A program made the translations under genes and the position numbers. Positions 28,242-39,187 of a stretch of 64,000 nt of DNA are shown here, one piece after another. The stretch is from an uncultured delta proteobacterium. GTDB lineage: Bacteria; Myxococcota_A; Polyangia; Fen-1088. How positions within the stretch are numbered: the stretch's first letter is position 1; each line of letters opens with the position of its first letter. The DNA lies in contig CAWCMR010000006.1 in assembly GCA_963796685.1 (NCBI GenBank), positions 32,001 to 96,000 of the forward strand, given 5' to 3'. The notes under the pieces were generated by a model that was not told the origin of the DNA, made no database searches, and was given only the letters and a program-made list of their open reading frames with translations.

Positions 28242-28967
28242 ATGTCTGAACGCTCATTTGGTCGTGGCCCCGCGCCAGCCTGGATGCGGCCGATCACCCA
28301 ACGCCTTTCCCCCGCCATCCGCAACCTGGTCATCGTCGAGGCCGCGCTGTTCGGCCTCTACATCATGGCCGCGCCCTTGCGTGGAGACATCACCACCCAC
28401 CTGGCGCTGGGACCGCTGGTCGTGGAGGGCGAGTATTGGCAGCCGGCCAGCTCGCTGTTCGTGCACATCGATCTGTGGGGCTTCATCTTCGACCTCATCG
28501 GGCTGTGGTTCGTGGGCGCCACCATCGAGCGTTCGCTCGGCAGGCGGCGCTTCCTGCTGATGTTCTTCGGTGCCGGCCTGGCCGCGAACGTCGTCGTGGC
28601 GCTCCTGGGCGCGGCCATGCACTGGACCGCGATCTACGCCGGCTGCGGCGATTCCGTGCTGGCCCTCTTCGTGGCGCTGGGCGTGCTCTTCGGGCGGACC
28701 GAGGTGCGCGTGTTCGGCAGCCTCGTGCTCCAGGCGCGCATCCTGACCTACATCTTGGTCGGCATGTCCCTCGTGTCGGCCCTTTTCCAGCGGGCCTGGC
28801 CCTCGCTGGCCGGCACGCTGGTCGCCGTGGCGGTGGGCTATTTCCTGGCCGGCGGCAAGAGCGGCACCATCCTCGGTTTCCTCACCCGATGGCGCCGCCC
28901 GCGGCGGGTCGGATTCGAGATCCTGGAGGGCGGGCGCGGCAAGCGCGGCAAGAAGTACGTGAACTGA
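28242..28967 (+). CDS. rhomboid-family membrane protein (catalytic residues look degenerate)
   Basis: YWQPASSLFVH, GATIERSLGRRRF; GCG in place of GxSG. Confidence 0.7.
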   Translation: MSERSFGRGPAPAWMRPITQRLSPAIRNLVIVEAALFGLYIMAAPLRGDITTHLALGPLVVEGEYWQPASSLFVHIDLWGFIFDLIGLWFVGATIERSLGRRRFLLMFFGAGLAANVVVALLGAAMHWTAIYAGCGDSVLALFVALGVLFGRTEVRVFGSLVLQARILTYILVGMSLVSALFQRAWPSLAGTLVAVAVGYFLAGGKSGTILGFLTRWRRPRRVGFEILEGGRGKRGKKYVN

Positions 28968-29009
28968 CCCCTGCATCTCCGTGTCCTGTGGTTAAATCCC
29001 CGACTGGAG

Positions 29010-31199
29010 ATGGACATGAAGCGATTTTCCGGATGGCTTGCCCTGGTTGCTTGCGGCACGAGCACGCTCTCTCTTGCGTGCGGCGATTTGAGGCGCAGAG
29101 GACGCGATGCGGGTGTCTCGCCTGACGATACCCTTCAGCCACTCGCGGACGGTGGGGGCGCTCTCAGATCCACCAGTTGGGCCGACGACCGGATCGCCGC
29201 CCTGGTGGGGCAGATGACCTACGCCGAGAAGATCGCGCAGTTGCAGAACAACGCCCCCGCCATACCGCGTCTCGGGCTCGCGGCCTACGAATACTGGAAC
29301 GAGGGGTTGCACGGCGTTCGCACCGACGGGGCAACGTCGTTTCCGCAGGCCATCGCGCTCGGCAGCACCTGGGATCCCGACCTGCTTCAGCGCGTGGCTT
29401 CGGCCATCTCGGACGAGGCGCGCGGCTTCAACGCGACCACGGGCATGGGGTTGACGTACTGGTCGCCGGTGATCAACATGCTGCGCGACCCGCGTTGGGG
29501 GCGTTTCGAGGAGTCCTACACCGAGGATCCCTTTCTCATGTCCAGGATGGGCGTCGCCTTCGTGAGTGGTTTGCAGGGCGACGACCCGAGGTACCTCAAG
29601 GCCGTGTCCACGCCCAAGCATTACGCCGGCAACAACTCCGAGTACAACCGGCACAACGGCTCGTCGGACATCGACGAACAGCTCTTGCACGAATACTACC
29701 TGCCGGCCTTCGAGGCCACGGTCGAGGCCGGCGCCTTTTCGGTCATGTCCGCCTACAACGAGGTGAACGGCGTGCCCGCGGCCGCCAATCCCCTGCTCTT
29801 GCGCGATATCCTGCGCGACACCTGGGGTTTCAAGGGCTACGTGGTGTCGGACTGCGACGCCGTGTGGGACATCGCCAACAGCCACCATTACACGTCGACC
29901 ACGACCGAGGCCGCGGCCATCGCCTTGCAGGCGGGCACCGATCTGAATTGCGGCTCGACCTACCCGAACGAGCTGCAGGCCGCCCTCGATCAAGGGTTGA
30001 TCCTGGAAAGCGACGTGGACACGGCCCTGGTGCGGGTGCTGCGGGCGCGCTTCCTGCTCGGTGAGTTCGATTCGGCGGGCGAGGTTCCCTTCCGATCCAT
30101 CGGGGCGGACGTCATCGAATCGCAGGCGAACAAGGCTCTGGCGCTCGAAGCCGCGCGCGCGGCCATGGTGCTGCTCAAGAACGACGGCAGGCTGCTGCCG
30201 CTGGATCGCGCGTCGGTGCACTCGATTGCCGTCATCGGACCGCACGGCAACGACGTGACCCTGGGCGGGTACAGCGGCAGGCCCGACCACACCGTGAGCG
30301 CACTTGCCGGCATCCGCGCGAAGTTCCCCGGGCCCAGCGACGTCGCGGTTTCCTATCAACAAGGCTGCACCGTCATCGGCGATGCCGATCCGTCCGCCCT
30401 CGCCGCGGCAGCCGATCTCGCGCGATCGTCCGACGTCGCCATCGTCTTCGTGGGCACGAGCCAGGACGTGCTGCGCGAAGAGATGGACCGACCAGACTGG
30501 AACCTGCCCGGCGCGCAAGGGGACCTCATTCAGGCCGTGTTCGCCGCCAATCCCAAGACCATCGTCGTGCTGGTCACCGCCGGGCCAGTGGCCGTCGATT
30601 GGGCGCAAGCCAACGTGCCCGCCATCCTGACCGCCTTCTACGACGGCCAGGAGCAAGGCACCGCCATCGCGGACGTGCTGTTCGGCGATTTCAATCCCGG
30701 CGGCAAGCTGACCACGACCTGGTACACGGGCTCGGCCACGCTGCCGCCCATCGGCGACTACGATTTGCGCAAGGGCCGCACCTACCTCTACTACGAGGGC
30801 ACGCCGCTCTACCCCTTCGGCTACGGGCTCTCCTACACGACCTTCTCGTACGCCAACTTCCACGTCGAGCCCGCGGCGATGGCTGCCACCGACATTGCCA
30901 CCATCACCGTCGACGTCACCAACGTGGGCCCGCGCGTGGGCGACGAGGTCGTGCAGCTGTACACGCACGAGGCCTTCGCCAGCGTGCCCCGGCCCATCAA
31001 GGAGCTGCGCGGTTTCCAGCGCGTTCGCCTGCTGCCCGGACAGGCGCAGACGGTCACCTTCACCCTCGCGGGCAAGGATCTCGCATTCTGGGACGTCGAA
31101 AGCCACGGTTGGCAGGTGGACCAAGGCGTGTTCGACATCGCCGTTGGCTCGTCGTCCGCGGACATCCGCGCCCAGGGCAGCCTGGTGGTTCGGAACTAG
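29010..31199 (+). CDS. glycoside hydrolase family 3 beta-glucosidase/xylosidase
   Basis: WNEGLHG, RDPRWGR, PKHY, VVSDC, YPFGYGLSY, FN3-like C-terminus. Confidence 0.93.
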   Translation: MDMKRFSGWLALVACGTSTLSLACGDLRRRGRDAGVSPDDTLQPLADGGGALRSTSWADDRIAALVGQMTYAEKIAQLQNNAPAIPRLGLAAYEYWNEGLHGVRTDGATSFPQAIALGSTWDPDLLQRVASAISDEARGFNATTGMGLTYWSPVINMLRDPRWGRFEESYTEDPFLMSRMGVAFVSGLQGDDPRYLKAVSTPKHYAGNNSEYNRHNGSSDIDEQLLHEYYLPAFEATVEAGAFSVMSAYNEVNGVPAAANPLLLRDILRDTWGFKGYVVSDCDAVWDIANSHHYTSTTTEAAAIALQAGTDLNCGSTYPNELQAALDQGLILESDVDTALVRVLRARFLLGEFDSAGEVPFRSIGADVIESQANKALALEAARAAMVLLKNDGRLLPLDRASVHSIAVIGPHGNDVTLGGYSGRPDHTVSALAGIRAKFPGPSDVAVSYQQGCTVIGDADPSALAAAADLARSSDVAIVFVGTSQDVLREEMDRPDWNLPGAQGDLIQAVFAANPKTIVVLVTAGPVAVDWAQANVPAILTAFYDGQEQGTAIADVLFGDFNPGGKLTTTWYTGSATLPPIGDYDLRKGRTYLYYEGTPLYPFGYGLSYTTFSYANFHVEPAAMAATDIATITVDVTNVGPRVGDEVVQLYTHEAFASVPRPIKELRGFQRVRLLPGQAQTVTFTLAGKDLAFWDVESHGWQVDQGVFDIAVGSSSADIRAQGSLVVRN

Positions 31200-31209
31200 C
31201 TCTTCCACC

Positions 31210-31629
31210 ATGCCTGCATTTCCCAGCCGGGTCGTCCTGGGGCGCACGGGCCTTTCGGTTTGCCCGCTCGCGGTGTCGGGTGGCTACGGCGTCGACGACA
31301 AGTCCCTGTTGCGCGCGTTCGATCGTGGGGTGAACTACTGGTACCACGAGAATCGGCCCGGTACCGTGGCCTACACCGCCACGCGCTGGGGCTCGCTGCT
31401 CAAGGCCGGCAACGCGCCCCCAGGCGAGGCGCCCATGCGTGGCCGCGATGCCTACCGCTTCGTGCTCAGCAATCCCGACTTCAACCTGTGCATGACCGGG
31501 CCGAAAGATGGCGAGCAGATGGACGAGGCCTTGGCCGCGCTCGACGAAGGACCGCTCTCGTCCGCGGAGAACGAGCGAGTCCGACGCCTGGGCAACTACC
31601 TCTACGCGAAGGCGCTGCGCAAGGGCTGA
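31210..31629 (+). pseudogene. internally deleted aldo/keto reductase
   Basis: N-terminal LGRTGLSV...AFDRGVNYW joined directly to the C-terminal AKR part; only 139 aa. Confidence 0.6.
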
Positions 31630-31639
31630 ACGGGGGGCG

Positions 31640-31711
31640 GACGACGACAAGTACAATCGGCCACGGCCACGACCACGGCCACGGCCGGCCTTCTGCGGCT
31701 ATCGCGGGATT
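31640..31711. repeat. MITE/REP-like repeat, copy B (partial)
   Basis: ggccac/gaccac array followed by TATCGCGGGATT. Confidence 0.6.
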
Positions 31712-31734
31712 GGGGGTGGCGGTGGCCGATGGTC

Positions 31735-33658
31735 CTAGGCTCGCTCGAGATACGTGTACCCGGACAGGCCCTCTTCGTACATCCGCAACAGCGAGCGCGT
31801 TTCTTCCAGGCTCATGCCGTTTCCGCGAACGGCCTGCTCGGCGAAGCGGCGCACGCGCGCGACGAGATCCTCGCGGGCGTAGCTGACGTACTTGAGCACG
31901 TCGGTCACGGTGTCGCCGGTGACCACGTGCTCGATCTGATAGCCTCCGCCCGGCGCCAGCGACACGTGCACGGTGTTGGTGTTGCCGAAAAGGTTGTGCA
32001 GATCGCCCAGGATTTCCTGGTAGGCCCCCGCCAGGAAGACGCCCAGATAGTACTCGTCGCCCGCGATCAGCGGGTGCAGCTCGAGCACGTTCTTGATGTC
32101 GCGCCGATCGATGAAGTGGTCGATCTTGCCGTCCGAGTCGCAGGTGATATCGGCCAGCACGGCTCGCCGTGTGGGCTCTTCCCCGAGACGGTGAATGGGC
32201 ATGATGGGAAACAGTTGGTCGATGGCCCAGATGTCGGGCAGCGACTGGAACATGGAGAAATTGCAGAAGTAGGTGTCCGACAAATTGCGCTCCAGGCCTT
32301 CGAACTCCTCGGGGACATCGCGCATGTCGCGCACCAGCTTGAGGATCTTCTGGCAGATGGCCCAGAAGACATCCTCGGCCACCACCCGCTCGGGCAACGA
32401 GAGGCTGCCGAGCGAGAACAGGGACAGCGCCTCTTCGCGGTATTCGAGGGCGTCGTGGTAGGCCTCGCGGACGTTCTTGGTCGAGATGTCGCGCCAGGTG
32501 TCGAACAGGTTGCGCACCACGCGCGAAGCATTGTCGGGCAACGTCTCGGGCGCCTTGCCGACGTCGAATTCGCCCACGCCCAGGGCGTCCACGATGAGCA
32601 TCGAGTGGTGGGCGACCACGGCGCGGCCGGATTCAGTGACGATGGTGGGTTGGGGGACCCCGGCCGCGTCGCAAATCTCTTGCAGGCCGAACACCAGGTC
32701 GTTGGCGTACTCCTGCAAGGTGTAGTTCATGGACGACGCGAAGTTGGTCTGCGATCCGTCGTAGTCCACGCCCAGGCCGCCACCGGCGTCGAAGTACTTG
32801 AGGGGTGCGCCCAGCTTCACAATCTCGACGAAGAAGCGGCCCGCCTCGCGCATGGCGTTCTTGACGGCGCGGATGGCCGAGATTCTGGCTGCCCAGGTGG
32901 AAGTGGATGAGCTCGAAGCACGACAGCATGTCGATTTCGCCGAGGTAGCGCACCGCCTCGACCACCTCGCGGGTGGACAGCCCGAACTTGGAGCGGTCGC
33001 CGCCCGACCCTTCCCAGCGGCCAGAGCCCTTGGCCGCCAGCTTGATGCGCATGCCGATGCGCGGGCGCACGCCGATCTTCCTGGCGGTGTTGGCGATGAG
33101 CTCGAGCTCGGAGAACTTCTCGACCACGATCAACACCTTGCGTCCCAGCTTCGAGCACATGAGCGCGGTTTCGATGTACTCCTCGTCCTTGTAGCCGTTG
33201 CACACGATGAGGGCGTCCTCGTCGTCGAGGATGCCCATCACGGCCAGGAGCTCGGGCTTGGAGCCGGCCTCGAGGCCGTAGTGGTAGGGTCGGCCGAATT
33301 GCGTGATCTCCTCGACCACGTAGCGGTTCTGGTTGACCTTGATGGGGTAGACGCCACGGTAGTCGCCTTTGTAGCCGTACTCGGTCATGGCGCGCCTGAA
33401 GGCCTCGTGCAGATCCACGACCCGGCTCTTCAGGATGTCGGAGAAGCGGATGAGCAGCGGCAGCCCTATCCCGCGACGCACCACCTCGTCGACCAGCTCC
33501 TTGAGATCGATGCTGCCTGCCTCTGGTCCCTGCGGGTGGCTGACTACGTGGCCGGCGTCGTTGATGGAGAAGTACCCGTTCGACCAGTACTTGATGCCGT
33601 AGGTTTCGGCGGAATCGGCGATGTTCCACTTCCGCGGCAAACCGTTCGTCGTGCTCAT
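31735..33658 (-). CDS. speA: biosynthetic arginine decarboxylase (apparent +1 frameshift at ~32884)
   Basis: VYPIKVNQ, LEAGSKPEL, HFHLGSQ, GGGLGVDYDG, DITCDSDG, GAYQEILGDLHNLFG. Confidence 0.93.
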
Positions 33659-33822
33659 GGGCGTACGTTGAAGAAAAACGTCGGCGGATTCCACAAAAAA
33701 CAGTAGGAGGAGAGGACACAGAGGGTTGGGAGGGCACAGAGAAGGCACGGTGAGGGCACGGACGGGGCGCGGACGGGGCGCAGGGATCTTCGCGGGCTCC
33801 TGTGGTAGCCTGCGTGCTTATC

Positions 33823-34908
33823 GTGGCCAGTACCTTCGGCGAGCTTTTTCGGATAGCGACTTGGGGCGAGTCCCATGGCCCGGGCATTGGCGTGGTGATC
33901 GACGGTTGCCCCCCGCGTCTGGCCATCAGCCGAGAGGAGATCCAGGTCGAGCTGGACCGGCGCCGGCCCGGTCAAAGCCGCATCACCAGCCATCGCGACG
34001 AATCGGACCAGGTCGAGATCCTCTCCGGCGTCGAGGACGGCCTGACCACGGGCACCCCCATCGCGCTCTTGGTTCGCAACCGCGATGCGCGCAGCGGCGA
34101 CTACGACGAGATGCGTACCAAGTATCGGCCGTCCCACGCCGACTACACCTACCAAGCCAAGTACGGCATCCGCGCCGTGGCGGGTGGGGGGCGCGCCAGC
34201 GCGCGCGAGACCATCGGACGGGTCGCCGCCGGCGCCATCGCGCGCAAGTTTCTGTCCGAGATCGCGGCCGTCGAGATCGTCGCCTATGTGAAACGTGTTT
34301 GTGACATCGAGGCCGACGTCGATCCTGCGAGCGTCACTCGGGATGGTGTGGAAGGCAATATCGTGCGTTGCCCGGACCCCAACGTCGCGCAAGCGATGAT
34401 CGACCTCATCGATGCGACCCGAAAGGCGGGCGATTCCGTGGGCGGCGTGGTCGAGGCGGTGGCGCGCCAGGTGCCCGCGGGACTCGGCGAGCCGGTCTTC
34501 GACCGGCTCGAAGCGGATCTGGGCAAGGCGCTGCTGTCGCTGCCCGCGTGCAAGGGCTTCGAAAGCGGCAGCGGCTTCGCGGGCACGCGCCTGCGCGGCT
34601 CGCAGCACAACGACGCCTTCTTCGCCGAGCAGGGCAGGGTGCGCACGCGCACCAACCGCTCGGGTGGTATCCAGGGCGGCATCTCGAACGGCGAGGACAT
34701 CGTCGTGCGCGCCGCCTTCAAGCCCACCGCCACCATCTTGATGCCGCAGGAAACCGTGGACATCGGTGGCATGAACACGACCCTGCAAGCGCGCGGTCGC
34801 CACGACCCTTGTGTGTTGCCGCGCGCGGTGCCCATGGTCGAGGCCATGATCGCCCTGGTCCTGACCGATCACTACCTTCGTCAGCGCGGGCAATGTGCCC
34901 GGCCTTAG
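33823..34908 (+). CDS. aroC: chorismate synthase
   Basis: [34 protein letters not shown]. Confidence 0.97.
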   Translation: MASTFGELFRIATWGESHGPGIGVVIDGCPPRLAISREEIQVELDRRRPGQSRITSHRDESDQVEILSGVEDGLTTGTPIALLVRNRDARSGDYDEMRTKYRPSHADYTYQAKYGIRAVAGGGRASARETIGRVAAGAIARKFLSEIAAVEIVAYVKRVCDIEADVDPASVTRDGVEGNIVRCPDPNVAQAMIDLIDATRKAGDSVGGVVEAVARQVPAGLGEPVFDRLEADLGKALLSLPACKGFESGSGFAGTRLRGSQHNDAFFAEQGRVRTRTNRSGGIQGGISNGEDIVVRAAFKPTATILMPQETVDIGGMNTTLQARGRHDPCVLPRAVPMVEAMIALVLTDHYLRQRGQCARP

Positions 34909-34912
34909 CGTC

Positions 34913-35401
34913 ATGAGGAAGCCCAAGCAGGAATCGCGCAAGGCCACGCGCTCGCCCAAGCGTAAGCCGGTCGCGCCCAAGCCGGGGCCCGTGACCGCCA
35001 AGTCCGCAGGGGTTGTCACGGTCCAGGCGAAGCTGGTCGAGGGTCCGATTGCCTATCTCGAAGTCGCCATTCGCGAGCCGGTGACCGAAAGCTCGATGGA
35101 GCGCCTGTTCGAGCGGGCGCGGGAGGAGATCTTGCGCAGCCAGGCCAAGCGGGTTCTCGTGGACCTGCGCGAAGGCTCCGTGGATCTCACGATCTCCGAC
35201 CTGCACGGGCTGGCGAAGATGGTGGCGAAGTCCTTCGCCGGGGTCTTGGAGCGATTCGCGCTGGTGCTTCGCCCGCAGGATGTGCTCGCCGAGAAGTTCT
35301 TCGAGCCTTCGGTCAGCAATCGTGGTTTGCCCACCTTCGTGACCACCGATCCGGACGAAGCGGCCTACTGGATCGCCGCCAAGCTCAGACCGGTCCGGTA
35401 G
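34913..35401 (+). CDS. hypothetical protein (STAS/SEC14-like alpha/beta)
   Basis: RVLVDLR...NRG..F pattern; basic N-terminus. Confidence 0.6.
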   Translation: MRKPKQESRKATRSPKRKPVAPKPGPVTAKSAGVVTVQAKLVEGPIAYLEVAIREPVTESSMERLFERAREEILRSQAKRVLVDLREGSVDLTISDLHGLAKMVAKSFAGVLERFALVLRPQDVLAEKFFEPSVSNRGLPTFVTTDPDEAAYWIAAKLRPVR

Positions 35402-35450
35402 GATTGGTAGCAAGCGAGCTGGGCCCAGTCATCTCGGGGCGCTAAACCCT

Positions 35451-35671
35451 AATCCCGCGATAGGCGCGGGAGGTCGTGGCCGTGGTCGTGGTCGTGGCCG
35501 TGGCCGTGGCCGGAGTGATCTTCGTCGGCCACGACGGCGAGGACGCCTACGGCCACGGGGACGACTACGACTACGACCACCACTCGCCGTTCCGATTGGG
35601 TGCGAGTATCCATCGTGGAATGGTGTCTCTTTCTGCCGCCTTCCGCGAGGCACTGCGCTTGTCGCGGGATT
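35451..35671. repeat. MITE/REP-like repeat, copy C (both ends present)
   Basis: AATCCCGCGA ... TCGCGGGATT terminal inverted repeats with internal hexamer arrays; between convergent genes. Confidence 0.75.
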
Positions 35672-35675
35672 GAGG

Positions 35676-37209
35676 CTACACCGGCAGCACCGGCCTTCGT
35701 CGCGGATAGCCGCGGTCGATCTTCGTCGTCATGGTGGCAAAGCGGCGAATCGAGCTCGGTGCGCAACTCGTCGCCCGGAACCAAGGCGTCGACGTGCAAG
35801 TCCGAGGCGAGCTTCATGATGTCGACGTCCTCGCGGTAGGCTCGGCGCAGCTCTTCGACGTAGGCGGCACGCTCGGCCTCGGGCTTGGCCGCGATCTTGT
35901 TGGCGTACACGGCGTTGACCGCGGCCTCGGCGCCCATCACGGCGATGCTGGCCTGGGGCAGGGCCAGCGTCGCGTCGGTGTCGAAGGCTGGGCCGCACAT
36001 GGCGTACAGGCCCGCGCCGTAGGCCTTGCGCAAGATGACGCTGATCTTCGGCACCGCGGCGTCGGCGATGGCGGAGACCATCTTGGCACCGTGGCGGATG
36101 ATGCCCGCGCGCTCGACCGCGCTGCCGATCATGAAGCCCGGAACGTCGGAAAGAAACAGCAGTGGAATGCTGAACGCGTCGCACAGCCACACGAAGCGCG
36201 CGGCCTTGTCCGCCGAATCGACGAAGAGCACGCCGCCCTTCCACTTGGGCTGATTGGCCACGATGCCCACGGCGCGACCGCCGAGGCGGGCGAACCCCGT
36301 GATGAGCTCGCGCGCGTAGCGTTTCTTGATCTCGAAGAAGGTGCCCGCGTCGACCAGCGTTTCGACCAGCGCAAGCATGTCGAAGGGTTGGTTCTGGTTT
36401 TCCGGCAGAAGGTCGTCGATGCGCTTGTCGCTGGTAGGCTTCTGGGCGGCGATGTCGGAAGTCCGCGTCTCGGCGTTCTGGGGCATGAACGCCAGGTAAG
36501 CGCGCGCCGCCGCCAGGCAGGACAGCTCGTCCTTGGCCAGAAGGTCCGCGCAACCCGAGACCTCGCAGTGCATGCGGGCGCCGCCCATCTCCTCCAGCGT
36601 GGTCTTCTCACCGATGACCATCTCTGCCATGCGCGGCGAGCCGAGGTACATCGAGGCGTTGCCTTCGACCATGAAGACCACGTCGCAGAAGGCGGGGATG
36701 TAGGCGCCGCCCGCGGCGGACGGGCCGAGGAGCAGGCAGATTTGCGGGATCGAGCCGGACAGGCGCACCTGGTTGCGAAAGATGCGGCCCGCGTGGCGCC
36801 GCCCGGGAAACATGTCGAGCTGATCGGTGATGCGCGCGCCCGCCGAGTCCACCAGGTACACGAGCGGGATGCGCAAGCGCCCGGCGGTTTCTTGGATGCG
36901 CAGGATCTTCTCGACGGTGCGTTCGCCCCACGAGCCGGCCTTGACGGTTTGATCGTTGGCCATGATGGCCACAGGGCGGCCGTGGATGGTGCCGACACCG
37001 GTGACCACGCCGTCGGCGGGCAGATCGGGCGCCATGGCGTTGGCGAAGAGGCCGTCCTCGATGAAGCCGCTCGCGCTCTCGTCGCACAGGCGCGCGATGC
37101 GCTCGCGGCAGAACAGCTTGCCCGCGGCGCGGTTGCTGTCGTGGTATTTCTGCGCTCCACCTTTCCGTATTTGCTCGGCCCTGGCGCGAATCTCGTCGCT
37201 CTTGCTCAT
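35676..37209 (-). CDS. acyl-CoA carboxylase carboxyltransferase subunit (apparent +1 frameshift at ~35751)
   Basis: DSAGARI, SAAGGAY, EEMGGARMH, DVPGFMIG, RKAYGAG; corrected end RRPVLPV*. Confidence 0.9.
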
Positions 37210-37219
37210 CGCGCGCAGT

Positions 37220-38062
37220 TTACCTTTCGTTCTCGTCGGAAAGCGCCGAGGCCACGGCCTTGCGCAGGGACTCCTGAACGTGCTCGGGCACGGTTGGCGT
37301 CGGAAGGGACTTGCACAGGGCGAGGCTGCGCTTGAGCCAATCGCAGAGGCTGCTGCAATGGGGGCAACCCGCCACGTGCTCCTCCATTTCGGCACACACG
37401 TCGGGGCTGATTTCGTCCTCCAGCTTGCGCGACAGCATGGTGAGGACGTCGGGGCACGATGGCTGGGCCGGCACGGTGGGCTCGCCGCCCACCACGGCCA
37501 GCAAGTGCTCGCGCAAGGCGGCCCTGGCGCGATGGAGGCGGCTCTTCACGGCCGCCACGCTCGCCCCCGTCACCTCGGCGACCTCCGCCGCGGTCAGACC
37601 CTCGATGTCGCGCAAGACCACCACCTCGCGTGCCTCGGGCTCCAAGGCATCCAGCGCCGCCGCGACGGTTTGGCGCGCCTCGAGGCCGAGCAGGGCCTGT
37701 TCGGGAGTTGTCGCCGGTTCGCCGATGTTTTCGTGGGTGACCTTGTCGAGCGGCTCGTGAAAAGCCGGAGCCCCCTTGGTTCGCCGGCGTTTCTTGATGC
37801 AGAAGCTGCGCGCCACCGTGTAGAGCCAGGTCGACAGCGACGCCTCGCCGCGGAAGTCCTTCACCGTGCGTGCCATGGTGAGCAGGGTGTCCTGCGCGAC
37901 ATCCTTGGCGTCTTCCGAGTCCCCGCACATCTTCACGCCGAAGCCGAAGACCTTTTGCTGGTGGCGTTCGAGGAGCGTGGCGAGCGCGGCTCGGTCGCCC
38001 TTGCGCGCCGCCGCCAGTAGCCCGGATTCGGTATCGTTCGTCTCGCCCATTTCGCCGGCCAT
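37220..38062 (-). CDS. ECF sigma factor fused to a zinc-finger anti-sigma (ZAS) domain
   Basis: DAKDVAQD, TWLYTVARS, VKSRLHRAR; C-terminal HVAGCPHC. Confidence 0.88.
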   Translation of the reverse strand: MAGEMGETNDTESGLLAAARKGDRAALATLLERHQQKVFGFGVKMCGDSEDAKDVAQDTLLTMARTVKDFRGEASLSTWLYTVARSFCIKKRRRTKGAPAFHEPLDKVTHENIGEPATTPEQALLGLEARQTVAAALDALEPEAREVVVLRDIEGLTAAEVAEVTGASVAAVKSRLHRARAALREHLLAVVGGEPTVPAQPSCPDVLTMLSRKLEDEISPDVCAEMEEHVAGCPHCSSLCDWLKRSLALCKSLPTPTVPEHVQESLRKAVASALSDENER

Positions 38063-38068
38063 GCGTCT

Positions 38069-38452
38069 TCAGCGGGTGACGGGGAGCCCGGCGGCCTGCC
38101 AGGCATTGAGACCGCCCTCGATGTGCTTGGCCTCGGTGTAGCCCTTGCTTTGCAGGAGCTTGAGGGCGTTGCCGCTGCGATGCCCGCTGCGGCAGTAGAG
38201 CAAGACGGGTTTGCCCTTGTCGATCTCGGTCACACGCCGGTCGAGCTCTTGCAAGGGGATGAGCTTCGCCTTGGCCAGGTGGCCTTCGGCGTATTCGTCC
38301 GCCGTGCGCACGTCGATGAGCTGGAGATCCTTCTTGTCCTTGATCAGTGCCGCAGCCTGGGTGGGGGGAACCGCGCTGTCCGCCAGGGCGTACGAGCGCA
38401 TGGCCAGAAGCAAGGCTGGTATGGTCAGTGCAAGCAAGAAAGGTTTGCGCAT
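38069..38452 (-). CDS. exported rhodanese-domain protein
   Basis: Signal peptide; IDVRT..EY..GHL, YCRSGHRS, GGLNAW. Confidence 0.9.
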   Translation of the reverse strand: MRKPFLLALTIPALLLAMRSYALADSAVPPTQAAALIKDKKDLQLIDVRTADEYAEGHLAKAKLIPLQELDRRVTEIDKGKPVLLYCRSGHRSGNALKLLQSKGYTEAKHIEGGLNAWQAAGLPVTR

Positions 38453-38589
38453 GGTGTGTTCCTCGTTGGAGCTCGGCCAAGCATACCCGCTGGACAGGCG
38501 GAGCTTGGTAGGATTCGTACCCCGGCGGGGCAGGCGTGTGAATCCTTTTTTCGGCCAGTGGCTCCAAGGTCTTGAAAGGACAAGTCACC

Positions 38590-38958
38590 ATGGCAACCAC
38601 GGCACTCAATCGCGACAATTTCAACGACACCGTCAAGCAGGGCATCGTCCTGGTCGACTTCTGGGCGCCCTGGTGCGGACCCTGCCGTGCCTTCGCCCCC
38701 ATCTTCGAGAAATCGTCCGTCACCAACCCGGATGTCACCTTCGCCAAGGTCAACACCGAGGAAGAGCCGGGCCTTGGCGCCGCCTTCGGCATCCAAGCCA
38801 TCCCGACCTTGATGGTCTTCCGGGACGGCGTGCTCATCTACCAGCAGGCCGGGGCTCTGCCCGGCTCGGCGCTGCAACGCCTCATCGACGAGGTCAAGGC
38901 GCTGGATATGCAAAAGATCCTCGCCGAAGCCAAGGCCGAGGGCGTGCATGCCGCCTGA
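38590..38958 (+). CDS. trxA: thioredoxin
   Basis: DFWAPWCGPC, IPTL. Confidence 0.92.
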   Translation: MATTALNRDNFNDTVKQGIVLVDFWAPWCGPCRAFAPIFEKSSVTNPDVTFAKVNTEEEPGLGAAFGIQAIPTLMVFRDGVLIYQQAGALPGSALQRLIDEVKALDMQKILAEAKAEGVHAA

Positions 38959-39016
38959 AACCGCGCACTCGGACTCGGTGTCGACCCAGGTGCCAGTCCA
39001 GGAAAGGAAGCGAAAG

Positions 39017-39187
39017 ATGCTTTTGCACACCATTCTCTACGTGGTCGGCGGCGCCGTCGTCGGCTTCGGCTACCACAAGATCGTCGGCTGCCGCAGCGGC
39101 GCCTGCCCCATCACCGCCAATCCCTACATCTCGACGCTCTACGGGGCGCTGATGGGGTTCTTCGCCGGCGGTGGCCTCGGGCGCTAG
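39017..39187 (+). CDS. small membrane protein, DUF6132-like
   Basis: GFGYHKIVGCRSGACPITANP. Confidence 0.75.
   Translation: MLLHTILYVVGGAVVGFGYHKIVGCRSGACPITANPYISTLYGALMGFFAGGGLGR

Noticed and set aside
28992-31247. Long antisense ORFs (e.g. 751 aa opposite GH3, 534 aa opposite the carboxyltransferase, 549 aa opposite urtA)
   Set aside because: Shadow ORFs expected from high GC3 codon usage; the opposite strand carries the recognisable genes.
32880-32890. Programmed frameshift in speA
   Set aside because: No slippery heptamer, and it has the same +1 signature as six other unrelated sites.
33700-33790. Purine-rich CACAGAG/CACGG repeats between speA and aroC
   Set aside because: Too short and degenerate to assign; probably a decayed intergenic repeat.
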